DNA of 64,000 nt from Clostridia bacterium (GCA_045533905.1 JAZSIR010000001.1:32001-96000), one strand, 5' to 3'. Shown: positions 26,879-38,195, numbered from the stretch's first letter. The notes: generated by a model not told the origin, from the letters alone. Program-made: numbers and translations.

Positions 26879-29800
26879 TTAAAATTCAAGTTTTCTCGTG
26901 ATGCGAAGTGTGATATTTGCGAAATTTACGCGAAAATCATCTCTTGTAGCGATGTCATCCGCGGTCTCCGGTACGCGGAAGGGTTCCACACCTTCCTCTG
27001 CGATGAGGCAAAGAAGATCGTATACAGAATCCACAGTGCCTGTCACTCTACCCGAATTCTTGATTTCATCCATGCGGTCGGCCAGTGTGCCGAATCCGCC
27101 GCGGCCGGCAAAGAGTTCACCAAGCGATGTGCTTTCGAACTTGTTGACTGCTGTGCGGAGCTTGCCGGAATCAATCAGCTTCTTGAGAGCTTCCTGCGTC
27201 TTTGCTTCGAACTGATAGAAGAGCGTATAGAGAGAATCCATTGTGATAACCGGTTCTTCCTGCCCTACAATCCAGTCGGTAAGCTTCTGTACCTTTTCGT
27301 TATTTTCAATGTCACCCGAGAGGATCAGTTCATCCACGCGCGAGCCGAGATAACGTTCTACGAGTCCCTGCAATTTTGCGCGGTTCTTAGAAAGCAGATC
27401 GGAAATCTGGCTTACCTGCGAAATGAGCGAATCTATGCGACCGGGAAGCGTTCCGTCGTTTTCGAAGGCTTCTAAAAGCTCACGGATCTTTGCATATGCC
27501 GCATCGGCTTTATCAAAGAGCGCGCTGTAAACCGCCGCAAACTCTGTCGGCGTTACGTTGTTATCATCACCGTACCAGGTGAGTGCATCGTCCGCAACAA
27601 GGAATGTTGCATAGATGTAATCGTAATAATCCATAACATCCTTTACCGTGTAGCCTGTGAGCGTTTCGCTCCGGAGCGCCGGGTTATATGTGAGAAGGCT
27701 GTCAACAATGCTCGTTTCCACCAGATACTTAAGGTAAATGTTTTCATCGTAGCGAACACCGAGATCCCGGATCTTCTCTTCAGCCTTTGCCTGCGCCTTT
27801 TCATAGATCGGCACTACGATTTCATTGATTACGTCGATTTTCCATGTAAGCGAGGTTGTGTACTTCGCCGGAGCACCGGTATTTCTTGCTCTGTCAATAG
27901 CGGCTTCGAGACCATCGCAGTACTCGTCACGGATTTCAGTGAAGAAGCCGTTGATGCGGTCCTTGCCGAGGATGTTGACCATCTTCGAAAGGATTGCATT
28001 ATCCGTCTGCTCCAGTGCGGAATCGAGAGAGAGCGAACGGATGGCACCGGCAATGGCAATGACCATCGAAAGATTACCGCTGTTGATTTCAAATTCTTTC
28101 TTTGTTAGAAGACTTGTTAAAAGTGTATCGTACTCTGTAGTCTGGCTGATCTCGGTGTAAACGCTGTCTGCAAATGCAATCTTATCTTCAAGACGGCTAA
28201 TGTACGCCTTCACAAGCGTCTCGTTAATTACGGAAGACAAATCGAATGTAGCGAGCACTTCTGTGATCAGCGCGCGGTTATCATGAATAAATTCTGCCGT
28301 AATATTGTCGATAAATCCACCGACTTCTGTTGCAATTTCCGCGGGCGTTGCATCCTCGTTGATATAGGTCGTAGCCATAGATTCGAGCGTGGAAGCCTGC
28401 GCCGGATCTGCAATAAAGGTCTCCAGTTCTGCACGAATAAGTGTGACGTTTGCGGAGTCTGCCCCGAGGAACTTTGCGGTGTATCTGTTGAGATCGGACA
28501 GCGAGATCGTGCCAACACTGGTAACGAGCAGCCCCTCTACCATGGTTCTGTTTTCCGCTACCGCGGTTGCCATGTAGCCGGTGATTGCAGTGTTCGACAT
28601 CGTGGGAATGTACGCCGCAAGTTTTGTCTTTAACGTTTCCTTTGCGTTCGGAACCGTATTGAACATGCTTGTGAGATTTGTAGCAATCTGTTCCTTTGTA
28701 AGGCCGCCTACATATGTCTTAATCAGGGCCTTCATTTCTGCGCCTTCACAATTTCCGGCGATGAAGGAAGACATTGTGGCCGTGCTTACTTTCCCATCCG
28801 TTACGGCATCAATCAAGGCCTTTTCCACGTCTCCGTAGACGGTGCTGCCTGCTGCCTGCACCATAGGAACGAGCTTTGAAATCAAGAGGCTGTAATTGGC
28901 ATCCTGTTTTACAATGCCTTCGGCCATTGCGCGGTTTGTCGATACAAATTCGCGAATAACCGCAGCAATATCGTCCTGCTTGGTTTCGTCATGGAGCATT
29001 ACGTTCTTGAGCGTTTCAAGATGTCCCTTAATGGTATAAATTTCATCTGTGCTTTCTACGTTAGTAGCTTTTACAATTTCGCCAACGCATGTAATAAGGA
29101 TTTCTTCAATAACAGATGCTACATTCGCGTTGAGAGAAGAATCTTCCGTGAGATACTTTTCTACGTATTCCACCATCTTAGCTTCAATAATGCTGTTAAT
29201 CTTAGCATCGGTAATGGTGTTACCGGCGGCCAAAGCATCGAGCATTTCTACCTTGTAGGCGTCGAATTCGCTTCTTGCTGTTGCGAGGATTTCGTCGCGT
29301 GCGGCAGAATTGGTATACAGGTCATCCTTAAACATCTGCTGGTTTGCGCCTGCGTAATTCGTGGAGCCGTAAATAGCTGCAATCCCCGGGTTTGTAGCAT
29401 ACATTTCGTCATACAAATCCGAAAGCATAGCTTCTACTTCTGTCTGCGTGATAAAGCCTTCAAAGGCACTCGCATCTACCCCACTCTGGCCGCAGATGTA
29501 GGCGTACAATGCAGACTCATTCGGAACCACAGCGCTGAATGTGATGGAATTTAAAACTTCTGTACGCATCGCGCCACGGATATCTGTCGGTTCCTGACCG
29601 GGAAGCGGCTTGGAAATCAAGAGTTTGAAGTTTGTGTCAGCCTTTACACGGTTTAAAATGTTCGTTTTAAACGCGGTGTTGCCGGCAAGGAGTGCTTCGA
29701 TATCCGTCTTTATATCGCCGTGATGGAGGTTATCAACCACATGGTCATGGAAAATTGTGGAATGCAGAAGTGCATCAATAAATGCATCATTGGCAACAAC

Positions 29801-32800
29801 TGCATCGATAAGTGCATCGCGAAATGCCGTGTTTGCCAGGACCTTATCGATAAAGGTGTCTGCAAGAAGCATTGTGGCGATCATGTCCTTTACAGTGGTT
29901 TCCTGCAAAATGGTCGAGAGCGAGCTGCTCATCAAAATCGCTTTGCGAACATTGGTACCTGTAGATGTAGTGGTATCCAAAATAGCTGCTTTGACTTCTG
30001 TCAACACCGTGTTCATCATAACTGAGCTTGTGCTCTTAAGGTCGGCGCAAATTACGTTTACAAGTTCGTCGCTTCCTTTAATATAGGTTACAACAGCGTC
30101 GCTTGCCGTTCCCGCGGCAAGGTCACCAATAAGTGCTTCCGCAATGGTCGTCTTAATCGTGCCATTTTCGCGAATCTCCGCAATAACAAAGTCACGCAGG
30201 GGGTCTTCCGGCGCTGTGTTCGAAAGCGAGGTAATCAGTGTATTTACAAAGCGCTTCTGCAAATCGCTTCCTTCTGTTTTGAGAAGACCGTCAAGATAGG
30301 TAAGCGCGGAAGTTTTGAGCGCGGATTGTTTCTCTACATCCTGCAAATCTGCGAGAAGTTGATTTACAATTCTTGTGCGGAATTCCCCGTTGGTTGTCAG
30401 GTAATTTACAACGAACGAAAGCATCTTCGAAGGCGTTGCCGTAAGGTCTGTTACAATGTAATTTACAATCTGCGGCTTGAACTCTTCTGTTTTTACGAGG
30501 TTTGCAAGTTCTTCATCCGTCATCGCGCCAATGAGACCGGATACATCGATCGTGCCCGCGAGATCCGCTACGTCAATCATGCTGAAGAGGTTATCAAGCT
30601 TTGCCTCGTCACTTACAGTATCGCGGACAAACTGGCGAACCATGCTGTCAGCCGTGTTTCTCTTTACAAAGGTAGAAATCGGCAAGGAAATCTCCGAAAC
30701 CTTGATGTTCAAATCTTCGTCGATAAGACCTGCGTTCGAAAGCTTTTCGATAAGCTGCACCTTTGTTTCATCGTACCGCGGAATCATATCGAGCGTAATG
30801 GCCTTTTCAAGCTGCTGTCTGCCGGCTTTCGCCATATCCTTGACGGAATTCATTGCGCGCGTGCTTGCATTGTAAAACGCCTGCACGTAGAGCGGCTCGG
30901 GCATGTCGCGGATAAGCGCTGTGATAGCTATACTATCGAGAAGAATGTATACATTGGTATCTTCTGTAAGAACGACCTCTGTAGTGAAGGGTACGAGTGT
31001 ATTTGTATCATCTACATACCAAAGAGAACCCTCTGTCTTGTGTGTGTATTCGTTGCCGGCGTATACAGAGGCGAGGCTCGCAGTCTCAGAATACCCTGTC
31101 TTATAAAACTGCGTCATATCCGGAAGGTCTGCTTCCGAAAGTGTGCCGCCTACATAGGTACCGGAAGTTTTTACATTCAGAATTTCGTTGTAGCCGCGGA
31201 AGAACTTAACGACTACCGGAGGCTTCGGTACGAAGTTCGGGAAAAGTTCAATTACATCCGGTGTTTCGTCTGTAACTTCAAAGCCCGTAAACTCTGTGCC
31301 GTCCGCAAGAATCCAGCCGCCCATCATCTGGGAAGGATCGCTTACGACTACCTTGTCGAAGTCTGCAAGCGGCGTAATGCTTGCATTTAAGATGGTGTAT
31401 TCCGTAGTCGGTACATAGCCATCTACGAAAGTGGCGTTATAGTGCACCGTGTATGTGATAATTTCAAAGTCTGCATATACATCGACTGTCGTGCCCATAC
31501 CGGCTGCGACGGCGAGTGTGGCATCATACGGAACGTAACTTACGTTGCCGCCGTTTTCGACGCGCATAAACCAACCGAGGAAGGTATAACCGGTGCGGTG
31601 TACCTTATCAAGTTCCGGGAAGGTGTAGGCTGTTTCAATGTCGAAGTCCACGCCCGGCGTAAAGCCCGTGACAAAGTCGGTAAAGGCTGTACCGTCCATA
31701 TTCTTAAAGACAACTCTGTACGGAATCTTTTCCCATACTGCACGAAGCGTAATGCCTTCGGCCACGGTCATATCAGCAGTAACTGCAAGCTCGGTGACAT
31801 CCGCGCCCGAAGCATCCTTCCAGCCGAGGAATCTCCAGCCGAGTCTTTCAATATTTTCATCTGCCGGCAAAACTGTGGTGCCCTGATTCAGAATTGTAAA
31901 GTTTGCAGGGGCGGTATATCCGTCCTTATAATAGGCAAACGGCGTGGTGCCGTCCGCATCCATAAAGTGAATCGGATATGTGTTCAGGGTATAATTGGAA
32001 TATACCTTCATGCCGGAGGTAAGAACTGTGCCCGCGAGAACAGCTGTGCCATCTTCATATTTCCAATTGAAGGTATACCCGAGGGTATCCGCAAAGGTCA
32101 GACTTTCAATTACGCTGCCCTTGGCTACCTTCTTTTCCACATCGTCCACATAGATGGTAATCGGCCCGTCAATCCAGACTGCCTTTAAGGTAAGCCCTTC
32201 TGTCGTAGTCAGATCTTCTGTAACGGCAAGCGCAGTTACTGGCGTACCCGAAAGTGTCTGCCAGCCGTCAAGTGCAAAGCCATCTCTCTCCACATTGTCA
32301 TTTTGGGGAAGAACAATCGTGCTCTGATTTTCTACCGTGAAGCTTACGGGAGCGGTGTATCCGTCCTTATAGTAGGCAAACGGCGTTGCACCGTCCGCAT
32401 CTACAAAATGCAGCGGATACACATTCAGTGCATAGTTTGTGAAAATCTTCATACCGGCGGTGAGAACGGTTTCCGGGAGAACGGGGTCCCCGTTTTCATA
32501 TTTCCAGCTGAAGGTGTAACCGAGTCTGTCTTCATACGAAATGCTTTCAATCTTGCTGCCTGCGCGGACGGCTTTGGTTACGTTATCTACATAAATGGTA
32601 ATCCAGGAAGAACCGGCACCGCCTGAGCCGGGCTTTGCAAGGAAGCTTGCGCGTGTTTTCTCTAAAAGACCGGTAAATACGGCTTCATCGCGGTAATTCA
32701 TAAAGGGCGTTACGCCGTTTACGTTGTTTACCACAACATTTTCGCCTAAAGTTGTATTCTGAATCGTAATGGTACCACCGCGGGCTAAAAGGCGCTTTTC

Positions 32801-33559
32801 CACCTTGATGCCTTTGAGAAGGACATCTTCATCCATCGCGCCGTCACCGATCACAAGGTCACTTGTAACAGAAAGGCCTTCGAGGGTTACATTGCCGGTG
32901 CGGAGCACCACAATGCCTGCAAGGTCTTCTTTATATGTACCTTCTTCTGTGATGTAGGTACGAATGGCATTGTGCATAAACTGAGCAAATTCCTCGCGCG
33001 TGATGAGAGCGCCGGGATTTACATTGCCGAGATCGTCCCCGTTTACATAGCCGCGGGAAACAAGAGCAGCCATACCGTCCTTCGCCCAATCGGAAATCTT
33101 GGCGTTATCGCCGAACTTTGCAAGACTTTCGTGATTCGTGCTTTCCAGAACGAGGACACGGGATACTGCCGTGAACACTTCTTCTCTGGTAATATTATGG
33201 TCAGGATGCATCAGGGTCGCGCTGACGCCCTGCATAGCCCCCATCTTGACTACCTTTGCAATATAGTCATAATACCAGGCTGCGCGGCTCACATCCGAAT
33301 ACCCGGAAATATCTGCACGCGTTTCCGCCCCGAAGGCACGGACTATAATCGCGGCAAATTCTGCTCTTGTGAGCTTGCCTGTCGGTCTGATTTCTCCGTT
33401 CTCATAGCCATTCAAAAGGCCATTGTCGACGGCTGCCGTCATAGCCTCTTTTGACCAGCCGGTCGGAAAATCCACAAACGTTGCCGCCTGGACAAAGCTT
33501 GCGGGGATGAGCGATAACAAAAGTACTGTCGCTACCACTAAACTAATAAGTCGCTTCAT
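26879..33559 (-). CDS. Giant SLH-anchored surface protein (2226 aa)
   Basis: Signal peptide, SLH repeats, InlB-B/Flg_new-like repeats (GYTFLGW), long amphipathic helical region. Confidence 0.88.
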   Translation of the reverse strand: MKRLISLVVATVLLLSLIPASFVQAATFVDFPTGWSKEAMTAAVDNGLLNGYENGEIRPTGKLTRAEFAAIIVRAFGAETRADISGYSDVSRAAWYYDYIAKVVKMGAMQGVSATLMHPDHNITREEVFTAVSRVLVLESTNHESLAKFGDNAKISDWAKDGMAALVSRGYVNGDDLGNVNPGALITREEFAQFMHNAIRTYITEEGTYKEDLAGIVVLRTGNVTLEGLSVTSDLVIGDGAMDEDVLLKGIKVEKRLLARGGTITIQNTTLGENVVVNNVNGVTPFMNYRDEAVFTGLLEKTRASFLAKPGSGGAGSSWITIYVDNVTKAVRAGSKIESISYEDRLGYTFSWKYENGDPVLPETVLTAGMKIFTNYALNVYPLHFVDADGATPFAYYKDGYTAPVSFTVENQSTIVLPQNDNVERDGFALDGWQTLSGTPVTALAVTEDLTTTEGLTLKAVWIDGPITIYVDDVEKKVAKGSVIESLTFADTLGYTFNWKYEDGTAVLAGTVLTSGMKVYSNYTLNTYPIHFMDADGTTPFAYYKDGYTAPANFTILNQGTTVLPADENIERLGWRFLGWKDASGADVTELAVTADMTVAEGITLRAVWEKIPYRVVFKNMDGTAFTDFVTGFTPGVDFDIETAYTFPELDKVHRTGYTFLGWFMRVENGGNVSYVPYDATLAVAAGMGTTVDVYADFEIITYTVHYNATFVDGYVPTTEYTILNASITPLADFDKVVVSDPSQMMGGWILADGTEFTGFEVTDETPDVIELFPNFVPKPPVVVKFFRGYNEILNVKTSGTYVGGTLSEADLPDMTQFYKTGYSETASLASVYAGNEYTHKTEGSLWYVDDTNTLVPFTTEVVLTEDTNVYILLDSIAITALIRDMPEPLYVQAFYNASTRAMNSVKDMAKAGRQQLEKAITLDMIPRYDETKVQLIEKLSNAGLIDEDLNIKVSEISLPISTFVKRNTADSMVRQFVRDTVSDEAKLDNLFSMIDVADLAGTIDVSGLIGAMTDEELANLVKTEEFKPQIVNYIVTDLTATPSKMLSFVVNYLTTNGEFRTRIVNQLLADLQDVEKQSALKTSALTYLDGLLKTEGSDLQKRFVNTLITSLSNTAPEDPLRDFVIAEIRENGTIKTTIAEALIGDLAAGTASDAVVTYIKGSDELVNVICADLKSTSSVMMNTVLTEVKAAILDTTTSTGTNVRKAILMSSSLSTILQETTVKDMIATMLLADTFIDKVLANTAFRDALIDAVVANDAFIDALLHSTIFHDHVVDNLHHGDIKTDIEALLAGNTAFKTNILNRVKADTNFKLLISKPLPGQEPTDIRGAMRTEVLNSITFSAVVPNESALYAYICGQSGVDASAFEGFITQTEVEAMLSDLYDEMYATNPGIAAIYGSTNYAGANQQMFKDDLYTNSAARDEILATARSEFDAYKVEMLDALAAGNTITDAKINSIIEAKMVEYVEKYLTEDSSLNANVASVIEEILITCVGEIVKATNVESTDEIYTIKGHLETLKNVMLHDETKQDDIAAVIREFVSTNRAMAEGIVKQDANYSLLISKLVPMVQAAGSTVYGDVEKALIDAVTDGKVSTATMSSFIAGNCEGAEMKALIKTYVGGLTKEQIATNLTSMFNTVPNAKETLKTKLAAYIPTMSNTAITGYMATAVAENRTMVEGLLVTSVGTISLSDLNRYTAKFLGADSANVTLIRAELETFIADPAQASTLESMATTYINEDATPAEIATEVGGFIDNITAEFIHDNRALITEVLATFDLSSVINETLVKAYISRLEDKIAFADSVYTEISQTTEYDTLLTSLLTKKEFEINSGNLSMVIAIAGAIRSLSLDSALEQTDNAILSKMVNILGKDRINGFFTEIRDEYCDGLEAAIDRARNTGAPAKYTTSLTWKIDVINEIVVPIYEKAQAKAEEKIRDLGVRYDENIYLKYLVETSIVDSLLTYNPALRSETLTGYTVKDVMDYYDYIYATFLVADDALTWYGDDNNVTPTEFAAVYSALFDKADAAYAKIRELLEAFENDGTLPGRIDSLISQVSQISDLLSKNRAKLQGLVERYLGSRVDELILSGDIENNEKVQKLTDWIVGQEEPVITMDSLYTLFYQFEAKTQEALKKLIDSGKLRTAVNKFESTSLGELFAGRGGFGTLADRMDEIKNSGRVTGTVDSVYDLLCLIAEEGVEPFRVPETADDIATRDDFRVNFANITLRITRKLEF

Positions 33560-33573
33560 TGTGTTCTCCCTTC

Positions 33574-34263
33574 CTAATCCATATATCGGTTAATAAAATA
33601 TGCTTTCTTTGCTTTTTTCTCATTCAGATATGCACTTTCAAGCTTATCTGCAATGCTTTCATCCTGTCCGCTTTTCTTTGCAGCCTCGCGTACCTCTTCC
33701 AAAATGGCATATACCACAGCGTCACATTCATTTTCCCATGCTACCACCTGCGAGAGATACTGGTTCAAAAGCCTTTGCTTTGCACCTTTTTTCTCCTCCG
33801 GCGACATCGCAATGTAAAGACCTCTTACCTGTGCCTCTACCCCATCGAGTTTGCCGAGATACATATTCTTCTGTACATACAGCTTCGCGATGGCTTCGGA
33901 AACTGTCTTGTCCATCACACTCGGCGTCGGCGATGCGGTCACACCCGGTGTTGGATCCGGCCCCTCCTCTTTCGGTTCCTCCTTGGAGGTGAGCCGGTTT
34001 ACAATTTCCTCTTCCGTCATCGTGCCTTCCTCCAGCGCCTTTTGCTCTTCTGGCGTAAGGTCACGTACCACGATTTCTTTGCTGTCTATATATTCCTGCA
34101 GGTCCTCTTTTGCACCCTCCAGCTGACGGTCTATATCCTCCTGCGAATACCGGAGCGCATCGAAAAATGCCTCAATGCTGTTCCGGTTTTGATACAGAAT
34201 CCCCAGAAGAATAAGGAGTACGACCAGCAGAATGCACAGTACAATTTTCAGAGCTTTTTTCAT
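33574..34263 (-). CDS. Membrane-anchored hypothetical protein
   Basis: AAAGGAG RBS, N-terminal TM segment, helical C-terminal domain. Confidence 0.8.
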   Translation of the reverse strand: MKKALKIVLCILLVVLLILLGILYQNRNSIEAFFDALRYSQEDIDRQLEGAKEDLQEYIDSKEIVVRDLTPEEQKALEEGTMTEEEIVNRLTSKEEPKEEGPDPTPGVTASPTPSVMDKTVSEAIAKLYVQKNMYLGKLDGVEAQVRGLYIAMSPEEKKGAKQRLLNQYLSQVVAWENECDAVVYAILEEVREAAKKSGQDESIADKLESAYLNEKKAKKAYFINRYMD

Positions 34264-34443
34264 ACTTTTCTCCTTTTTGGACACACCACTCCACTATTTA
34301 AATGTATTCCAATATATTATACAAGGTTTCCATTCAAAAGTCAAGAATAATTCTACGAATTTACGCTTTTTTTATGTTCAAAAAAAAGCAAATCCCTTTC
34401 CCGGAAATCCGGGCGGGATTTGCTTGTTTTTTTTGTATTTTTC

Positions 34444-35634
34444 TTAATCCGTAAGGTTATCAAAATAGCCCTGTACCAAAACAATCGGCGTGCCCTTATC
34501 GCCCGAGCCGCTCGTAAGGTCGCACAAGGAACCGATAAGGTCTGTAAGGCGACGCGGCGTAGTCCCCTGCGAGGCCATATTCCCGACAAGGTCGCCATCT
34601 TTTTTACGGATAGCATCGGCGATGGCATCGTTTAAGGCCTTGCCGGAAAGATTTGCAAAATCATTGTCGGCAAGATACTTGAGCTTCAGCTCGTTCGGCG
34701 TACCTTCAAGCCCCTTTGTATAGGCGGGCGACACAACCGGGTCGGCAAGCTCCCAGATTTTTCCGATCGGATCACGGAATGCACCGTCCCCGTACACCAT
34801 AACCTCTACACGCTTGCCGCTTGCGGCATACAGCTTTTCCTGGATAGTGTCTACAAGAGCAAAGCACTCCTGCGGGAAGAGCTTTACTGTGTCTTCCGTG
34901 GATTTATTCGAGCCTAAAAGCCCGTATCTTTCGTTAAAGCCGCTGCCGTCTACGGAAGTGTTCATAATTTCATCCAGGCCCAGAACCCGTTTGGCGCCTG
35001 CCGCAAGGAGGATGCGCTTTGTGCGGGCACGGGAGTGAATGTCGCAGTTTAAAACTGTATCGGTATAGCGAAGGATTACACGCGGGTCATTGGCCAGAAG
35101 GATTTCCACCTCGGCGCCGCACGCGCGGATGAGGTCTCCGTAGTAGCGGACATAATCCACACCCGTGAAAGGATGGGGATTTTCGCCAAAGAGCTCTCTG
35201 TATTTTTCTTCAGTCAGAACATCCGAATAGGGATTAATGCCGGCTTCATCAAGCTGGTCAAGCGAAACGAGTGCATTGCCGACCTCGTCGCTCGGATAGT
35301 TGAGCATCAGCACAATCTTCTTTGCGCCCTTTGCAATGCCGCGAAGGCAGATGGCGAAACGGTTACGGCTGAGAATCGGGAAGATAACGCCAATGGTTTC
35401 ACCGCCGAGCTTTGTCTTTACATCCTTTGCGATCGCTTCCACGGAAGCATAATTGCCCTGCGCGCGGGCTACGACGGATTCGGTTACGGCAACCACATCA
35501 CGGTCACGAAGAGCAAAGCCTTCGGATTCAGCCGCTTCCAAAACGCTATTTACAACGATAGAGGCAATATCATCACCCTCGCGGATAATCGGGCAACGGA
35601 CACCTCTTGAAACTGTACCAATTTTTCTTTCCAT
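34444..35634 (-). CDS. Coenzyme F420:L-glutamate ligase (CofE)-like family protein
   Basis: PIIREGDD, VTESVVARAQGN, DLTSGSGDKGTP. Confidence 0.8.
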   Translation of the reverse strand: MERKIGTVSRGVRCPIIREGDDIASIVVNSVLEAAESEGFALRDRDVVAVTESVVARAQGNYASVEAIAKDVKTKLGGETIGVIFPILSRNRFAICLRGIAKGAKKIVLMLNYPSDEVGNALVSLDQLDEAGINPYSDVLTEEKYRELFGENPHPFTGVDYVRYYGDLIRACGAEVEILLANDPRVILRYTDTVLNCDIHSRARTKRILLAAGAKRVLGLDEIMNTSVDGSGFNERYGLLGSNKSTEDTVKLFPQECFALVDTIQEKLYAASGKRVEVMVYGDGAFRDPIGKIWELADPVVSPAYTKGLEGTPNELKLKYLADNDFANLSGKALNDAIADAIRKKDGDLVGNMASQGTTPRRLTDLIGSLCDLTSGSGDKGTPIVLVQGYFDNLTD

Positions 35635-35653
35635 AAAAAATCCCTCCGACTTC

Positions 35654-35682
35654 TTGACATTTCTGTCTACGCTCATTATAAT
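35654..35682 (+). promoter_or_regulatory. Consensus sigma-A promoter of the LysR gene
   Basis: TTGACA, 17-bp spacer, TATAAT. Confidence 0.8.
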
Positions 35683-35740
35683 ACAAATATAGCTATTAGT
35701 AAAGCAGATAATTTTTAGAACAGTGATAAGGAGAGCTTAT

Positions 35741-36616
35741 ATGAAAGCAAAGCCGGATGCCTACCGCATTTTTTATGAAACGGCGCGTTTTTCTTCCTTT
35801 TCTGCCGCCGCAGAGCATTTATACATCTCGCAGTCTGCCATTTCGCAGTGTATCCGTAATCTGGAAAAGGATTTGCAGACGCAGCTTTTTGTGCGCTCAA
35901 GGCGCGGTGCCGTACTCACGGCGGAGGGACAGCTTCTTTTTGAGAAGGTAGAAAGCGCGATGCAGGCGCTCGACCAGGGCGAGATGCTTCTGGCGCGCCG
36001 CCGCCATCTGGAAAGCGGCTCGCTTGTGATTGCGGCCGCCGATACAATTACAAGTCATTATCTCCTCCCCTATCTCGAAAAATTCCACGCGGCGTACCCG
36101 GGGATTCGCATTGAAATGGCAAACTCCTATTCCTCCCACATGCTGCAGCTTGTAAAAGAAGGTGCGGCTGAGCTTGCTTTCGTGAACCTACCGGCTGAGG
36201 AGGAGGCGCTTTGCATTGCCCCTTGTCTTGAAATCCATGATATTTTTGTTGCAGGTGCAGAATATGACGTGCAGGATAGCTATACCTGGGAAGAAATTGC
36301 GAAGGAGCCTCTTATTTTGCTCGAAACACATTCCTCTTCCCGCCGGTACCTTGACCATGCTTTTGCCCTTCAAAATATACCGCTCACGCCGCAAATTGAG
36401 GTGGCGGCACACGACCTTCTTATCCGTTTTGCCTCGATTCATTTAGGCGTTTCGTGTGTGGTGGAGGAATTTGCAAAAGAAAGCATCGCGCGAGGACTGA
36501 TTCGTCCCTTGCCGCTCACGCCGCCCCTTGCTCCTCGTCATATCGGCTATGCACACCTTCGAAACACGCCGCTTTCCCCTGCCGCAAAGGCTTTTTTAAA
36601 GCTGATAAAAAAATAG
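35741..36616 (+). CDS. LysR family regulator
   Basis: SFSAAAEHLYISQSAISQCIRNLE HTH; divergent from the CofE-like gene. Confidence 0.95.
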   Translation: MKAKPDAYRIFYETARFSSFSAAAEHLYISQSAISQCIRNLEKDLQTQLFVRSRRGAVLTAEGQLLFEKVESAMQALDQGEMLLARRRHLESGSLVIAAADTITSHYLLPYLEKFHAAYPGIRIEMANSYSSHMLQLVKEGAAELAFVNLPAEEEALCIAPCLEIHDIFVAGAEYDVQDSYTWEEIAKEPLILLETHSSSRRYLDHAFALQNIPLTPQIEVAAHDLLIRFASIHLGVSCVVEEFAKESIARGLIRPLPLTPPLAPRHIGYAHLRNTPLSPAAKAFLKLIKK

Positions 36617-36649
36617 AAAAAGCGCCAAACTTTTGTTTGGCGCTTTTGA

Positions 36650-38029
36650 TTATGCCGCATACATTTTTTGGAATGCTTTTTTACGAACACAAAGGAAGCA
36701 AATGTAATGCACTATAACAACAACCACCCAAGAAATCGGCCAACAGAGGAAAAGCATCTCTATAGTGTGGTGGAGAGGCAAAATGAGCGCAATCCACAAA
36801 AGACGCAGGCCGCAGGCACCCACGAGAGAGTTTACGGTGCTGAGGGTAGAATAGCCGAGACCGCGAAGCACGCCGCTCATGACCTCCATCATACCACACA
36901 GAAAATACGGAAGCCCCGTATAGATCATGCGAATAACACCGAAATCAATAGCCTCCGGCGAATCTGTGATGTAAATGCGAAGAAGCGGCCGCGCAAACAG
37001 GACGGTAATCGCACCGAGCAAGGCACCGACAACGCTTGTACACGCAAGAAGCGTGTACATGGATGTATATACGCGTTTTTCGTTTTTGGCGCCGTAGTTT
37101 TGGCCTACTGCCGTTACGGTCGCCTGCGAGAAGGCGTTCATTGCCGTATACACAAACCCTTCAATGTTGGACCCTGCGGCGCCACCTGCAATGGCAGCCT
37201 TGCCGAAGGAGTTTACGCCGGACTGAATCGTTACGTTCGCAACGGCAAACAGTGTGCTCTGAATCCCCGACGGCACCCCGATTTTGAGGATCTCCAAAAT
37301 TTCCTCCTTATAGGCGCGGATTTTAGAAAGTGTGAGTCTGTACATACCGTTTGTATGAATAAGGGCATAAATAACGGCAAACGCAGAAAGGTAATTGGAA
37401 ACGCCCGTAGCAATGGCAACGCCCACAACATCCATATGAAATACAATGACCAAAACGAGATTTAAAATTACATTTACGATGCCGGTGAGTGCCAATATGT
37501 AAAGGGGACGCTTGGTATCACCCACCCCGCGAAGAACAGAAGCACCAAAGTTATAGACAAGCGTTCCGGGAAGACACAAAAAGATAATGCGTATATACAA
37601 AACTGCGCCGTCGAAAACTCTTCCCTCGGGCGTACCCATAAGCCGAAGCATAGGGGCAGAAATCAAAAGACCTACCACAAGGGCAATCACGCCTACAGCA
37701 AGACTGAGGAATACTGTAGTATGTACAGCACGGCGAACGCCGGCCGCATCCTTCGCGCCATATTTTCTTGCCACAACAACGCCCGCTCCTATGGAAAGCC
37801 CGACGCAGAAATTGAGAACCAGTGTGTTTAGAGAGCTCGTGGCCCCTACCGATGCCATCGCATCACTTCCTGCAAAACGGCTGACCACAATAAGGTCTGC
37901 CGCATTATAGAGAAGCTGCAAAATGTTTCCCAAAATCAGGGGAATTACAAACCGAATTACATTTTCGAAAATAGAGCCCCGGGTCATATCGATTTCGCTT
38001 TTATGCTTTCGCATCTTTTGCCCCTCCAA
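36650..38029 (-). CDS. MATE efflux transporter
   Basis: LQLLYNAAD, LRGVGDTKRPL, GQNYGAK. Confidence 0.93.
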   Translation of the reverse strand: MEGQKMRKHKSEIDMTRGSIFENVIRFVIPLILGNILQLLYNAADLIVVSRFAGSDAMASVGATSSLNTLVLNFCVGLSIGAGVVVARKYGAKDAAGVRRAVHTTVFLSLAVGVIALVVGLLISAPMLRLMGTPEGRVFDGAVLYIRIIFLCLPGTLVYNFGASVLRGVGDTKRPLYILALTGIVNVILNLVLVIVFHMDVVGVAIATGVSNYLSAFAVIYALIHTNGMYRLTLSKIRAYKEEILEILKIGVPSGIQSTLFAVANVTIQSGVNSFGKAAIAGGAAGSNIEGFVYTAMNAFSQATVTAVGQNYGAKNEKRVYTSMYTLLACTSVVGALLGAITVLFARPLLRIYITDSPEAIDFGVIRMIYTGLPYFLCGMMEVMSGVLRGLGYSTLSTVNSLVGACGLRLLWIALILPLHHTIEMLFLCWPISWVVVVIVHYICFLCVRKKAFQKMYAA

Positions 38030-38195
38030 ATTCGCTTGTTACACTTATTATACACCCCAAAATCAAATATGCAAGTGAAAACACGTAAAAAAACAATGAA
38101 AACTCGCATATTTTGCGACATCTCCTGCAAAAAGACCTTGCGACGCTTTTTAAAATATGATAAAATAAATGTATACCTAAGAAAGAGGGATAAAT

